64,000 nt of DNA from NCBI GenBank assembly GCA_030265395.1, contig JARFYF010000062.1, positions 959,135 through 1,023,134 of the forward strand, read 5' to 3'. Both the position numbers and the translations under genes were made by a program. The first letter of the stretch is position 1. Every line of letters begins with the position of its first letter. This document shows, piece after piece, positions 12,180 to 25,139 of the stretch. This DNA is from Rhina ancylostomus. Lineage: Eukaryota. The notes below the pieces were generated by a model. It worked only from the letters and a program-made list of their open reading frames with translations. It was not told the origin of the DNA and made no database searches.

Positions 12180-12623
12180 ATCTCCAGAACCAGCTGCTCC
12201 TCTGGACAAGCTGTACCAGTACAATTACTACATGGACAGCTACCCAGCAATGTGCCAAACTGTCTGGTCTGCCCTAAGCACAGAAAATCCCATCTGTCCA
12301 GTTATTGCCTAGCCAGTCCATCCTGATCGTCAGCAAGTTTGTTGTCACCAGTACTAAGTGGCACTCACTCACCAGCTTTACCAGTGCTGAGGTTGGGTTT
12401 TGTCAGGACCACTTGGCTCCAGAGCTCATTATTATCTTGGTCCAAAAGTAGACAAATGTGAGTGGTAGAGTTGAGGTGAGACTGCCCAGATATCAAGGAA
12501 GAATTTGAATGGATGTGGTAAAACCAGATTCAGTGGGAATTAAAAGGAAAATTCTCAAGTCATTTCGTGCACAAAGGTGGTTCTGGTTTTTGGAATCTGT
12601 CATCCCCAGCCCCAGGACATTAC
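12180..12623 (+). mobile_element. Degenerate CR1/L2-group LINE reverse-transcriptase fragment, resuming near 13160-13270
   Basis: ttgggttttgtcaggaccacttggctcc...gatatcaagg...tttgaatggatgtgg resembles the FGFRxGHS...LDIKxAFDRVW RT motif. Confidence 0.6.
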
Positions 12624-13159
12624 TGTCACAATGTTGATCCAGAGCAACTCAGAACCCAAATGTGGCACACTGATACAAGATTGGAGTCAGGATACTTCCT
12701 CAGGAAAAACCCAGGTAGTAACTGGAAGGAATCTTGCCTCAGATCAGAAGAGGAATCCCAACACAAACTGGATCTTCACAAAGGAATAGGGAACGCAGGA
12801 CTGCTCTAGAGTAAACCTACTCTGATCAACTGGAACCAAAGTATACCTAAAGGTAGACCAATACTCTGGCAACTAGTGCCAGAGAAACACAGGTTCTTAT
12901 GNNNNNNNNNNNNNNNNNNNNNNNNNNNNNNNNNNNNNNNNNNNNNNNNNNNNNNNNNNNNNNNNNNNNNNNNNNNNNNNNNNNNNNNNNNNNNNNNNNN
13001 NAGGTAGACCAATACTCTGGCAACTAGTGCCAGAGAAACACAGGTTCTTATGCTAGGCCTCTGATGGGGCTCAGGTGTATATTGTTATCTAATCAGTCCA
13101 GCATAGAATCCATGTGCTGGACAACAAGGCATTAATGAAGCCAAATTGAGGGCCAGAAT
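12624..13159 (-). mobile_element. Second copy of the solo-LTR family, inverted, with one end truncated
   Basis: Reverse complement of 5324-5649 (13061-13159 matches 5324-5422 with few mismatches; 12624-12745 matches 5525-5649); begins TGTCACA. Confidence 0.8.
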
Positions 13160-13269
13160 TTAACCATCTACCCTTAACATTTAATGGCATTCCCATCACA
13201 AGGTCTGCCATCATCAACACATTGGCCAGAAATGTAACTGGCCCAGCAACATAAATGCTGCAGTTACCA

Positions 13270-13540
13270 GTGTTTTCTTCTCCCTGGAATGTAGAAGGCT
13301 GAGGGTTGACCTTTTTGAGGTTTATACAATTTGATGCATAGGTAGGATAGATGCTTAGAATCTTTTTCCCAGGACAGGGGAGTCTAGAATTAGAAGGCAC
13401 AGGTTTCAAGTGAGAGAGGAGAAAGCGAAAGGAGATCTGAGGGATAAGTTTTTCACACAGAGGGTGGTGAATATCTGGAACAAGCTGCCAGAAGAGGTGG
13501 TAGAGGCCGATATAATTACAATGTTTAAAAGGCATTTGGG
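13270..13540 (+). mobile_element. CR1 LINE 3' fragment
   Basis: Encodes GDLRDKFFTQRVVNIWNKLPEEVVEA. Confidence 0.85.
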
Positions 13541-14194
13541 CTGTTTTTTTTTCCCTCCATGGAAATTGTCTTTCCAGATGTTGTGTTTACATTTTTGATT
13601 TCCAACTTCTGCAATATTTTGCCAAAGCTAAATTGGCAACGACTACTGTCACAGTTGGGATGGGTGTATTGGGATCTGGAATGTCAGGCAACAAACATTG
13701 TGTGTGGGGAAAACAGTGTTCCCATTGGAGTCTACCAAGTACAAAGAGCATTTCATTAGCCAGCAGGATAACAATGATCTGAGCTCTGGAATTCTCAGAT
13801 CCAGGGAGATCTCACTTAGTAATCAGCTAACAAGAGAGATCATCCACTGAGCAATCTCAGCTGATCACATTGTACCATGCTGTAATGTATTTCAGTATGG
13901 GCTCTGGCAGACTAACAAAACTGTGCCAGGTTTTCCTGAGAGTTTTCTTTGAGAATTCAATGGGTCAGGAGCTTGAACACTTTGCTACGGGTAAGGCACA
14001 AGCATCTTCCTGTGTCAGTTGGTTGTGGTCCAACGCTAAAGTCTGTGTGTCCAGGACCTGAGAGTGGAAAAGAGACGGCTTATGGAGTGATGCACAAACT
14101 GATCCGTATTGGTGGTCAGAGGGGCAAATCTCTGGCACTCAGCTTCCAACAGCTATCCTTGTTTCCGGGGAACTCAGCATCTGATATCCCCCCA

Positions 14195-15045
14195 AACTGG
14201 TGGTGTGGTGGACAGTGAAGAAGGTTGTCTAAGGTTATAACACCATCAGCTGAAAATGTGGGTAAAGGAATGGCAGATGGAATTTAACTCAGACAAATGT
14301 GAAGTGATGTACTTTTGGGAAGCTAAACCAGGGTAGGACTTACAGTAAACAACAGGGTCCTGGGGAGTGTTGTGGAAGAGAGGCCTATGGTACAAGTACA
14401 TAGTTTCTTGAAAATGGAGACACAGATAGACAGGGTGGTGATGCAGATGTTTTGCCTTCATCAGACGGCATTGTGTATAAGAGGACATAGGACTACATCT
14501 GGAATACTGTGTGCAGTTCTGGCTGCCATACTATAACAGGAATGTGACTGAGCTAGAGAGGGTGCAGAAACAATTCACAAGGATGTGGCTGGGATTGGAC
14601 GGCTTGTGTTGTGAAGAGAAACTGGACAGGCCAGCACTGTTTTCCCTGGAGCAAAAGAGATTGAGGGGTGACTTTATAGAGGTTTATAAAATTTTGAGGG
14701 CATAGATAAGGTTTTCCAGGGTAGGGCAGTCTAAAACTAGATGGCATAGGTTTAAGGTGAGAGGGGAAAGATTTAAAGGGGACCTGAGGGGAAAGATTTA
14801 AAGGGGACCTGAGGGGCCAGTTTTCCACACAGGGTGGTGGGTGTGTGGAATGAGCTGACAGAGGATGTGGTAGAGGGGGGTACAATTACAATGTTTAGAA
14901 GACATTTAGTCAGGTCCATAGATAAGAAACGTTTAGAGGGATATGGGCCAAATACAGGCAAATGAGATGAGCTCAGGAAGGCACCTTGGTCAGTATGGAC
15001 AAGTTGGATCGAAGGGCCTTCTGTGCTGTATAACTCTATGACTAT
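14195..15045 (+). mobile_element. CR1 LINE 3' end (RT C-terminus plus tail), with an internal 25-bp duplication at ~14760-14815
   Basis: WQMEFNxDKCEV and QFWLPYY..ELERVQKQFTRM...RLRGDFIEVYKIL motifs; tail aagggcc..ctgtgctgtataactctatgact. Confidence 0.9.
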
Positions 15046-16049
15046 GAATACTGGCAGGTGTACCTTCAGCTACTAAGTTCACTAGTTCTGGAAATCAAAC
15101 CTCTTCATCTATCTGGATTTTCTTGAAGATGCTCCCTAAAACGCACCTAGGTTTATCCTAATATCTCCCTCTCAGATTGAGTGCCATTGTCTCATAATGG
15201 TCCTGGGAAAATGCCTCAGGCTGTTTATCTATAAATGTACTATAAATGCAAGTTGTTTTTATCCAACCAATTTCACAATAATAGCTAATCAGACACTAAA
15301 TTTGTATTTTTAGATGAGATGTGATAGTCTGATTATTGTGTTAAAACAATAATTAAGGCACATACAATCTATACTGCTTTGTGATATTTGTATTCCTGGG
15401 TGCCTTTTATTCCCATTTAATCAGTTGCAATTGAACAGATTATCATATTTACATAAAAACATTTCAAAGTTTAGCACGAACAACATTGTTGCACACAAAC
15501 AAGATCGAATTAATCTCAGCTATTATCTCAGCAAGACAAAATATTTCATACTGTTCTTATGTGACTCAGTCAGAGCTCCACTCCTTCTCAGTGCATCCCT
15601 AGGATGGCCTCACTGGTAGTGCATGTGACTTCTGTCCAAGGGAAACCACAGGTAGATGATGATGGGATGAAGATGATCAGACACTCCCAGAGCTCCAGGA
15701 CCAGATGCACTGTGCTGAGGTATGTGCAGGATTAGTTGAAGCAAACATCAGAGCCACAGGAGATGTTCCAGTCCCTCAAGGCTCCTGCTCTGTATTATCT
15801 GAGAACTATAAGGATGTTCTGAGAGTGGAAGGGGAACTCTAGAATATTCCATTAAATAATGAGAGTAGGGTGAATGGAAGTTGTTTAAACCCATCAAAGA
15901 TAAATCCAGAGTGGATGGCAGGATAGTCTTTTCCCAAAGAGATGCAATGGACTGACAGACAGAAGGGACAGTTGACCTGAAATCTTTCAATCAATAATAT
16001 TATCTTGTACAGATTGTTCAGTAAATTCAGAGGTCCCAACAAGTCAGAG

Positions 16050-17165
16050 TTGTGGGATCCCAGAGATAGAAACAGGCCCTTTGGCCCATCATGTCCATAC
16101 TGACCATCAATTGCTGGAGGAAATCAGCAGGTCAGGCAGCATCTATGGAGGCAGAGGCATGGTTGATGTTTTGGGTCAAGACCCTGCATCAGGATGTTAA
16201 ATCTCCACAACTCCAAAACTGAGCTGATTTCTGCTGGTAATTATGTTAATTGCTTCAGAACAAGTTGCTGTCTGCCAATTAATCCTCACAAGAGCCATAT
16301 AGTACAGAAAAAGGTTGTTCGGCCCACCAATTCCATGCTGACCATCAAGTAACCATCTATACTAATCCCATTTACTGAAATGTCAACCATCCCTTTTCCT
16401 CCACGGACGCTGCTCGACCCACTGAGTTCCTCCAGCAGTTTGTTTTTTGCTCCAGATTCTAGCATTTGCAGTGTCTTTCCTCTCTCCTGTCTCCACTAAT
16501 CCCATTTACCAGCACTTTTAAATGTTGTGGGAATATCTGGCTCTACCACACATACAGTGTGTTCCAGATTCCAGCCAGCTTCTGAACAATTCTTCCTCAG
16601 ATCTCTTCTAAACTTCTTGTCCCTTATCCCTCTGCCATGAGGAAAAGTGTCTTACCATCTGCCCTGGGTATGCCCCTTATTATTTAGTATAGCTCCATCA
16701 GATCCCTCCTCAGACTCCTCCATTCTAAGGAAAACAAACATAGCTCCTCGAGTCTCTCCTCATAAGTGAAATATTTCATCCCAGACAACATCCCAGTGAA
16801 CCTCTGCTCCAGTGCATTGCATCCTTCCTGCGGTGTGGTGACCTCCGCTCCAGTGCATTGCATCCTTCCTGCGGTGTTGTGACCTCCGCTCCAGTGCATT
16901 GCATCCTTCCTGCGGTGTGGTGACTGGAACTGTACACAGTACTTCTGCTGTGGCCAAGGCAATGTTTTATGGGGTCCTACCATGACCTCCCTGCTCTTAG
17001 AGACTTTGCCTTGGCTAATGGAGGCCAGTATCCCATAAGCCTTCTTCACCACCTTATCGTCACTGAGGTTCTTCTGTTCCTCAGTACTCCCTAATCCCTG
17101 ACAATTCATTATGTAAGTCCTATCCTTGTAATTCCTCCCAAAGTACATCACTTTTCACATCAGGG
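16050..17165 (-). mobile_element. CR1 LINE 3' end with nested Penelope-type arms (16110-16195, 16375-16480) and a 41-bp triplication
   Basis: ORF VVKKAYGILASISQG...LEQRFTGMLSGMKYFTYEERLEELCLFSLEWRSLRRDL; 16801-16923 is 3 x 41 bp. Confidence 0.85.
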
Positions 17166-17384
17166 TTATGAAGAGACGTGATCCCCAGTTGCTCTGTGAC
17201 TAATAAGGAACTTGTAACAATGACAAGCTGCTTCTACTGAAAGTAACTGAGATAAAAGGATAGGGGCCAGCTGCATAAAACATAGGGCACCGGGAGTTCA
17301 ATGCCTCAGATAAAGGTTTGTGCAGGATAGGTTCAGACCAACTTGGAGACAATAATATGGATTTATTTGGTTATGGATTTATGG

Positions 17385-17890
17385 AGTTTAGAGGAACCAG
17401 AAGTAAATTTATTGAGCCATATTAGATCCTGAGTGAGCTTGACAGAGTAGAAGCTCAAAGGATGTTTCTCCTTGTGGGCAGCCCAGAACCAGGAGATATA
17501 GTTTCAGGACATAACCCTTCCCATCACACTCCCCCACGTGCTCCAGATGCAGCCCACTCCTACATCATACCCCTCGTCACTCAGCCGAATCACACTGCGA
17601 ATGCTCCACACATCACAACGCGGAACGCGCCGTGTGCCCCTTCACTCTGCTATTCACAGTCCAGATGCAGCAGACTTCCCATCACACACCACTGGCTATT
17701 TAAGATTAAGATGGGAGGCAATTGGAATTCTTCATCCCAAAAGACTGAGATGGATAGATCTTTAGATTTTGGGAGAATCAAAGGTTATGGGGAACAGGCA
17801 GGAAAGTGGAGATAAACCATGATCAGTCAAAGAATCACCTGATTGAATGGCAGAGCACGTTTGACGGTGTTATGAACAACTCTGGTTTCT
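17385..17890 (+). mobile_element. CR1 3' fragment interrupted by a copy of nearby sequence
   Basis: ggagtttagagga...cttgacagagtagaagctcaaaggatgtttc and the tail ggttatggggaacaggcaggaaagtggag; insert at 17508-17692. Confidence 0.65.
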
Positions 17891-18559
17891 GTTCTTTGCA
17901 CTTTATATGATGTTACACCTGTGTTCCTGAACAGCCTAAATGAAGATCACATCTCTTCATACTAGACTGCCCCACCAGGCAGAATGTTCCTATCCAAACA
18001 CAGCAGCATATTCAATCAGGAATATCTTTTGGCAGCTATAGAAACAATGGTTCTGCCTGATTTGATCTCTGAAACCAATCTTGGCTTAGTTAAACAAATC
18101 ATATGGAAGCAGTGAGTATATTTATTCTGTCATTCCCAGGTGAGGAGAAGACTTTAGCAGGAGCAACAGATGGGAACCAGGGGAGAGCGGTGACTGACGA
18201 GCCTAATAAGCAGCATAAGAACAGAGCTGGCAGTATGAACTTCATTATACTGGCTTACAAAACTGCAGTGATGTTGTGTTGCTTGCTTACTTAAATGAGA
18301 ATATCTGCAACATAATTTATTAGACTTTTTATTACTCTGCTGACTGCTCAGTGAAAAGTTTAAGCTTCAGGGGTGCACAATCTTCCTGTGGTACGATACT
18401 TATTTTCCCCACATTAACCTCATACAGCTCATGCACATTTATCTTACACCGTTCTGTTTATTTAGTTGCAGCATCAATTTTCAATACAGAGGAAAAATTC
18501 TTGACTGCAATGTATAACTTTCACCCCTCAAGTGTCCAAGTTCAGGTGCCACATATCGT

Positions 18560-19420
18560 AGTCACATTACCCCTTCTCCCTCCAAACACATACATAACCC
18601 TTCCTGTAACCCTTCCCCCACGTGCTCCAGATGCAGCACACTCCAACATTACGCCCCTAGTCACACAGTCGAATCACACTGAGAATGCTCCAACTCAGAA
18701 TGTGCTGTGTNNNNNNNNNNNNNNNAGTCACAGCGGAGATCCAGCAGACTCCCCTGTCACACTCCACCCCTCACACACTGCCCCATCGAACACACCACGT
18801 CTCTGTCACTCCTGTCATACACTCCTGTCAAGCTTCACGTGTCCACACTGCCCTGGCCATCTCCAAATCCATCCCACACCCTCTCACTCTCAAAAGCACC
18901 AACGTCTGTCACAACGTCTAAACTCACGCATGTACCACTGTGACACTCAGAATGTGTCACATTCCTTTTCACAGTCTCTATGCAAGCAGACAGCCCTGAT
19001 CACAGTTCACTCCCACATCATACCCAAACCTGCACCACACTCTGCCTCACTGTAAATGTATCACACGTCCCTGTCACAATCACCCTTCACACAACAGATG
19101 CACCACATCACAGTGCCAACCCCAGATGTATTCAGTCCTCTGACACAGTCCGAGCCTATCACATTCCCATCTCACTCCAAATGTCAAACATTATTCCATT
19201 AGACGTAACATATTCTCTGACTCCCTGCCGTCGTGCCCCACTCGAGGGCCACACTCCCCATCACATGCCAAACACATGACAAATGCAATGCTGTCAGAAA
19301 AATGCCACACTCCCTGCCACAGTCCAACCACAAGATACACCCAGTCTCACTCCAGAAACACCACAATCCTGTCACAACTCATCCCAGCACATTCTGCATC
19401 CATCACACTCTCTAGCACAC
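18560..19420. repeat. Degenerate C/A-rich low-complexity tandem region
   Basis: Recurrent cctgtcacac/catcacactc motifs with strong C+A skew. Confidence 0.7.
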
Positions 19421-19426
19421 TCCAAG

Positions 19427-19562
19427 CACTCCGCACACACCCGGAGGAAACCCATGCAGACACGGGGAGAACATGCAAACTCTTTACAGGCAGCAGAGGG
19501 AATTGAACCTGGGTCGCTGGCACTGTAATAGTGTTACGCTAACCACTATGCTACTGTGCCAC
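19427..19562 (-). mobile_element. V-SINE 5' half
   Basis: cacccggaggaaacccatgcagacacggggagaac...gggaattgaacctgggtcgctggc...ctactgtgcc is the reverse complement of the 833-1135 head. Confidence 0.85.
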
Positions 19563-21559
19563 CTGAATATGAAAAGAGTTTGGGTAGGTTGTATGCCCAT
19601 TGGATTTGGAAGAACAAGAGGTGATCTTGTTAAAACTTATCTGAATCTGAGGGCAATTGACAAGGTGGATGCTGAGAGGATGTTTCTCCTGGTGGGGTAT
19701 CTAAGGCTAGGGAATGTGGTTTGAGAATAAGAGTTCTCCAATTTCAGACAGACAAGAAGGAATTTCTTCTCTCAGAGCCTCTGTCACATCTACCTGTGAC
19801 AGCAGACCGGACCTCTTTTTACAGAACTCCCTCCAAATTGCACTGGAGGGTCAGCCTCATTTTTTGTGTTTGTGTCTCGGGGGTGAAGCTTAAACCCACC
19901 ACCTTCTGACTTGGAGATGGCACTGCTGTCTGTAGATCCACGGCTGAACACAGTGCTGTGACTTACACTCAAACACACCTTCTCATTCCGATTTCTTTCT
20001 TGTGCCCTTTTTATTTGCAGTTTGGATCCCGACCACCTGTCTGAGCTGCTAACAATCTGGTAAGTGCATACAAATTACTTCAAAAATAACCCGATGTTAA
20101 TGGAATCCCTGGTCATAATCGTGCCAGTCACTGTCCCCTGATGAGGGATTATTGTCGTGCCTTTGGAATTTTATTTTCAGCAGTGTAGGTGTCTGAGTGT
20201 TAAAATGCATTTAAGTCATTATATCTTGAAAATAGCTATCTGTGGCTTTCAGCTATGATGAGAAACTGATGGCTTTTATCACAGAAGCTTTATGACTATT
20301 GATGGGATGCAGCATGATGTTTGATGGCCATCTAATAACCATCTCTCTGCAATAAATGAAAGAGCAGACATGCATCAAAATGATAGCACCATTGGTGACA
20401 CCGTAATAACATCCAATGCACAGAGCCGGGGAGAGGGGCACCAATGGCATCTCTGATTGACCCCTGTGTGTGGTGTGACTGTTAATTTCACTAGCAGCAC
20501 ATCTAGACGGAACATTCAAAGTAGGATAGGAAATGGAGGAACAGTTGTTTGTCCTGGTGAAAAAAACCTGCCCCAATTATGCCCAAAACCTAGAACCAAT
20601 ATTGGTAACTCCAGCTGACAAATGGACTATGAATTTGGGTCTGTTATGTTGTACAGAAGTGACTTATTTAACCATTTACTGCCAATTTTAAACACTTCTT
20701 CACATTTGGTGATAAGAACACCAACTATAACTCTAAGCCAACTTTAAGATGAAATTCCAGGAAGTCATATTTATAACTGATATGTCACACATGGAAAGCC
20801 TTGAGTACAGAGACCAATTCCAATCCACATCACAAGAACTCACAGAAACACTTCCTCTATTGTGTGTAACAATATTTTGAAATCAGAGCACTGGAATTGA
20901 ATACAGTATCCCCGAGTGAGTACTTATCCCTTCCTCAACATTAGAGAAATACATTGTCTGCTTATTCTGACTCTTCATGTGATCTTCCTGTGCTCCCAGG
21001 CACTTTGAAAGCAATTCATTACCGTAAATCACTTTGAACGACCCGTGGGGACAAAAAGCATGAAAGGAAAGGATCTTTCTCTTCTTACCCTCACTCAGGC
21101 AGTCCCTGGAGGTTGAGGCTGACTTACCCTGTAGTTTTGTGGATTCTCAGGGAGGGAGCACTGCCCTGTCGGAGGGAGCACTGGCTGGGTTCTGTGGTGT
21201 CAGAGCTGTCCATCAACAGCAGTGCAGTGCCTCCATCATTTATTTAATAGCTTGTCAATAGAATTTAATTATTGTTAAACAGCATATCCTCTGATCGCCA
21301 AGACCTCCAGGCTAATCTAATGTTATGTCAAATGTTTAACGGATAGTGTACACTCTCAGTAAGAATTACACTTGCTCTTCGAGCGAGTTGTCACATCTTA
21401 TCATGCACTGATTCACTCTCAGCCACAGCACGGGAGGCCTGCTGTCACCTTCCAGTGCTGCATCTAACACGTCCATAAAGCTTGCAGCTGCCACAGCACA
21501 CTGCATGCTAAGTCATGTCACCTCTGCATTTTTATAGGGATTTGAGCCAAAGAGAAACA

Positions 21560-22420
21560 AAGACATGAACTTCTACATTAACTTTCCCTTTGGCAGCAAA
21601 CACCAGACACTTCACAACCAATGAAGCAGCACAGTCCTTTTGACTTGTGGTCACTGTTGTGTACTCCCAAAGTCAGCAAAGTGGAGCAAGTCAGATGGTC
21701 TGCTCTTTCCTGAATGACGTTAGTTGGAGGATAAAGGTTGGCAGTGGGATCCTTCAGCACCACACAGGAAAACAAAGGGGGCTTGGATTAACATAAATTA
21801 AAAGGCAGCCCTTTCCACAGTGCAACCGTCTCTCAGTACTGCCCCCCACATGTGACCCTCCCTCAGTACCACCCCTCCCACAGTGCGACCCTCCCACAGT
21901 ACTGCCCCTCCCACAGTGCGACCCTCCCTCAGTACCGCCCCTCCCACAGTGCGACCCTCCCTCAGTACTGCCCCCCACATGTGACNNNNNNNNNNNNNNN
22001 NNNNNNNNNNNNNNNNNNNNNNNNNNNNNNNNNNNNNNNNNNNNNNNNNNNNNNNNNNNNNNNNNNNNNNNNNNNNNNNNNNNNNNNNNNNNNNNNNNNN
22101 NNNNNNNNNNNNNNNNNNNNNNNNNNNNNNNNNNNNNNNNNNNNNNNNNNNNNNNNNNNNNNNNNNNNNNNNNNNNNNNNNNNNNNNNNNNNNNNNNNNN
22201 NNNNNNNNNNNNNNNNNNNNNNNNNNNNNNNNNNNNNNNNNNNNNNNNNNNNNNNNNNNNNNNNNNNNNNNNNNNNNNNNNNNNNNNNNNNNNNNNNNNN
22301 NNNNNNNNNNNNNNNCCTCCCACAGTGCGGCCGTCCCTCCGTACACCCCGCCCACAGTGTGACCCTCCCTCAGTACTGCCCCTCCCACAGTGTGACCCTC
22401 CATCAGTACCCCCCTCCTAT
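21560..22420 (-). mobile_element. Deu-domain SINE with a 33-bp minisatellite expansion
   Basis: Inverse Deu body (ggataaaggttggc...aaaggcagcc) runs into (ctcagtactgcccctcccacagtgcgaccctcc)n with period 33, spanning a gap. Confidence 0.75.
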
Positions 22421-23589
22421 AGTGAGACTCTCCCTGAGGTTTGCACTTCTATTTGAGTGTTTGTTAGTGGTGATGTTGCAGCTTGATAAAGCATCAGTTG
22501 GCTACTTTCTGCAAGCAATCTGCAATCCGCAATCCAATGTTTATAACGGACGGATCTGCTCAGTGGGAGTGCAGATCTGAGAACTTGAATCTGCATCTCC
22601 AACCCCAAGTCACGGGAGTTTTCAAACACACCCCTCCAATCACAATATGTGCCATTTGATAGTTGATTTGCTGATCCTTTCATGATTGAAACACTGGACA
22701 AGCCAAGTGATTTATAGCTGACTCTCTTATGATCTGCTCTCCACATGCCTATAAAGGACCCTGCGTACTATTTCTGAGATAAATTATGAAACATCCCTGG
22801 CATCCTTCTCCCTCAGCCAACAACCCCTGTTCACAGATCACCTTCTTCAGTTATTCTCTTTGCTATTAGCTGGATCTTACTGTGTGGAATTACAATACTG
22901 GTGACGGTTCATAAAGTAGTTCATTGTACTGCAGCTCCTTGGCCCATGATGAGGAATGTCACAAAGGGCAATTCTTCCTTTCCAGTCAGTGAGCACTGAG
23001 GCCTGGTCCGGGAGCTCCTGTGGGATGGCCAGCTTCAGTCACAGTCTTCACTAACTTTGGAAATGGACTGTCTTTGGGTCACCCTCCACTGTTCTCGCCT
23101 GAGCTGCTTAATGAACCTTCTGTAGCAGCACATCTCAGAGGTTGGCCAACTGAAATCAGTTGGGAGGAATATCTGTGTCTCGGTCCTGCTAAGTAGGTCA
23201 CCATCTGTCAGTTGGAAGAACAGAGCTGGTACTGCGAGTCCTGCTGGATGTGAGTGAGCTCGGTGGCAGTGTTTAAAGTCAGATTGCAATCTTTCTGTCT
23301 GTGGCGTCAGACCCTTTCACCCTGCAGATCTGGCATGCTTACAGGATCTGGTTTAGCTGAACAGATCTTCAAATTAACCCAGACGGTTTGTTTACTCTCC
23401 TTCACACCAATGACTGCCTGACTTTGCACTGCAGCCAGTCATAAAGGTCACCTGTAACACTGTTCAGTACTTCTCCCTGGTTAGCCATGCTGATGCTGTC
23501 TCGTGGACTGCCACGGATTTATGTCAAACTGTGGATGGTGGGGGCTAAGCATGATGCCTCTCCAATCAAGTAATCAACTCATAGGCTAA

Positions 23590-24345
23590 TAAGTGACAAA
23601 TAACATTCATGTCACTCATTCAATGCAATAACCAGTCTAATTAAAGTAAGCCTGACAACCTACCATTGACATTCAATGACGTTATCGTTGCTGAATCCCT
23701 CATCATCAACACCCTGGGCAGTCACCATGGAGGAGAAACTTCACTGGACCAACCACATAAATACAATGGTTACAGGGCCTCAAAGACTTTCCACCATCCT
23801 CAAGACACGTCTGAGCATAGAACACAGAACATGGAACAGTACAGCACTGGACCAGGCCATTCTGCCCACTATGTCTGTGCTGAGCAGGAGACATTGGAAT
23901 ATTTTTCCTTCCTCTGGACGAATACAATTACAACATTCACAAAACTTAACAACATCCAAAGCGATGCAGCCAGCTTGGTCATCTCTCTGTCCCTCACGCT
24001 AAACATTTGTTTCCTGCACAGTTCAGGCACTGTGGCTGCAATGTGTACTGTCTGTCAAATGACCTGCAGTTACCGCATTTACAGTACCTCCCAAATCAAT
24101 GACCTCGAGATGGAAGCAAAGGGCAGCAGGTGCAGTAGAAGGCCATCACCTGCACATTCCCCTTGGAATCTCTTCCATACACATTGCTGTTCCTGCATCA
24201 TCATGAGATCTAAGTCCTGGAATTGTTTCCCAACTGCTCTGTGGGAGCATCTTCACCACTACAATTAGAATCTTTCAGGAAGGAGGTTCACCCTTTCAAT
24301 GACTATTGGGGATGGATAATAAAGGCTGACTCTGCCACTAAGATG
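23590..24345 (+). mobile_element. CR1/L2-group LINE 3' region with a short inserted CR1 tail (~23818-23882)
   Basis: KLHWTNHINT, LNNIQSDAASL and SKSWNCFP motifs plus the shared tail. Confidence 0.65.
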
Positions 24346-25139
24346 ACACTGAATATATATAATCTGTTGATGTCATAGTGTGGATATTCTTCCAGGTGAA
24401 GTGGTGTTTGCATGAAGGGCACTATCAGTATGAGTTTTGTTTGAGGAAGTGCACAGGGTTTTAAGGAGGAGGGGGAAATCAGTGCTTAAATCTGTGGCAC
24501 AGCTGACCAAAGTGTAAAGGAAGTCTCACTGACAGATGAAACCATTAATTCTTGACAGTTGAAACAATTCGTCATACAAAGCCGTAGGGAAATCAGGGCA
24601 CATTTCAGAGTTAGTTTGAGGACTCAGTAATGCTGATGGGAAGTTCTCATGACTGGAGATTTGAGAAGGCAACTAAATACATTTAAATTAGTTTTAAGCA
24701 AAATTCAGGGATATACTTGTTCCCTGTTAAATCACAAAATATGAACTAATATTAATTGTTTTTAGCATTTATATGCCAAGGTACCACACTGCCAATTACC
24801 TCAGCTGCAAAACTGATTACTTCTAATTTGATAAGCATGGGTAACTAGTTTTGATATATTCCACTAACACTTCAATGTACATCACTCACATGCTGTTATG
24901 CATTTGCACTGTGCAATTACAGTACAATTCTGTGCCAATACTGAGCTCGACTCAATCTGTTGGGTAGAAATCGTGCTAACTCAAGCGTGGATGCAGTACT
25001 TGCTGCTTCCAAGGTTCCAATGTAAAATTAATTTCTGGCAAATATCTTTGAGTGGCCAAACTTCAGGAGCAAGCTGTCACCCAATTTAGCAGTTTGCAAA
25101 CAAGTTCCCACTGATTCGTAAAGGTACAGCCAACGGAGA

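Noticed and set aside
12851-13052. Exact 51-bp direct repeat on both sides of a 100-N gap
   Set aside because: Most likely an unmerged contig overlap (assembly artefact).
18351-19055. 234-aa His/Pro/Thr-rich ORF
   Set aside because: C/A-skewed low-complexity DNA depleted of stop codons; no domain and no splice signals.
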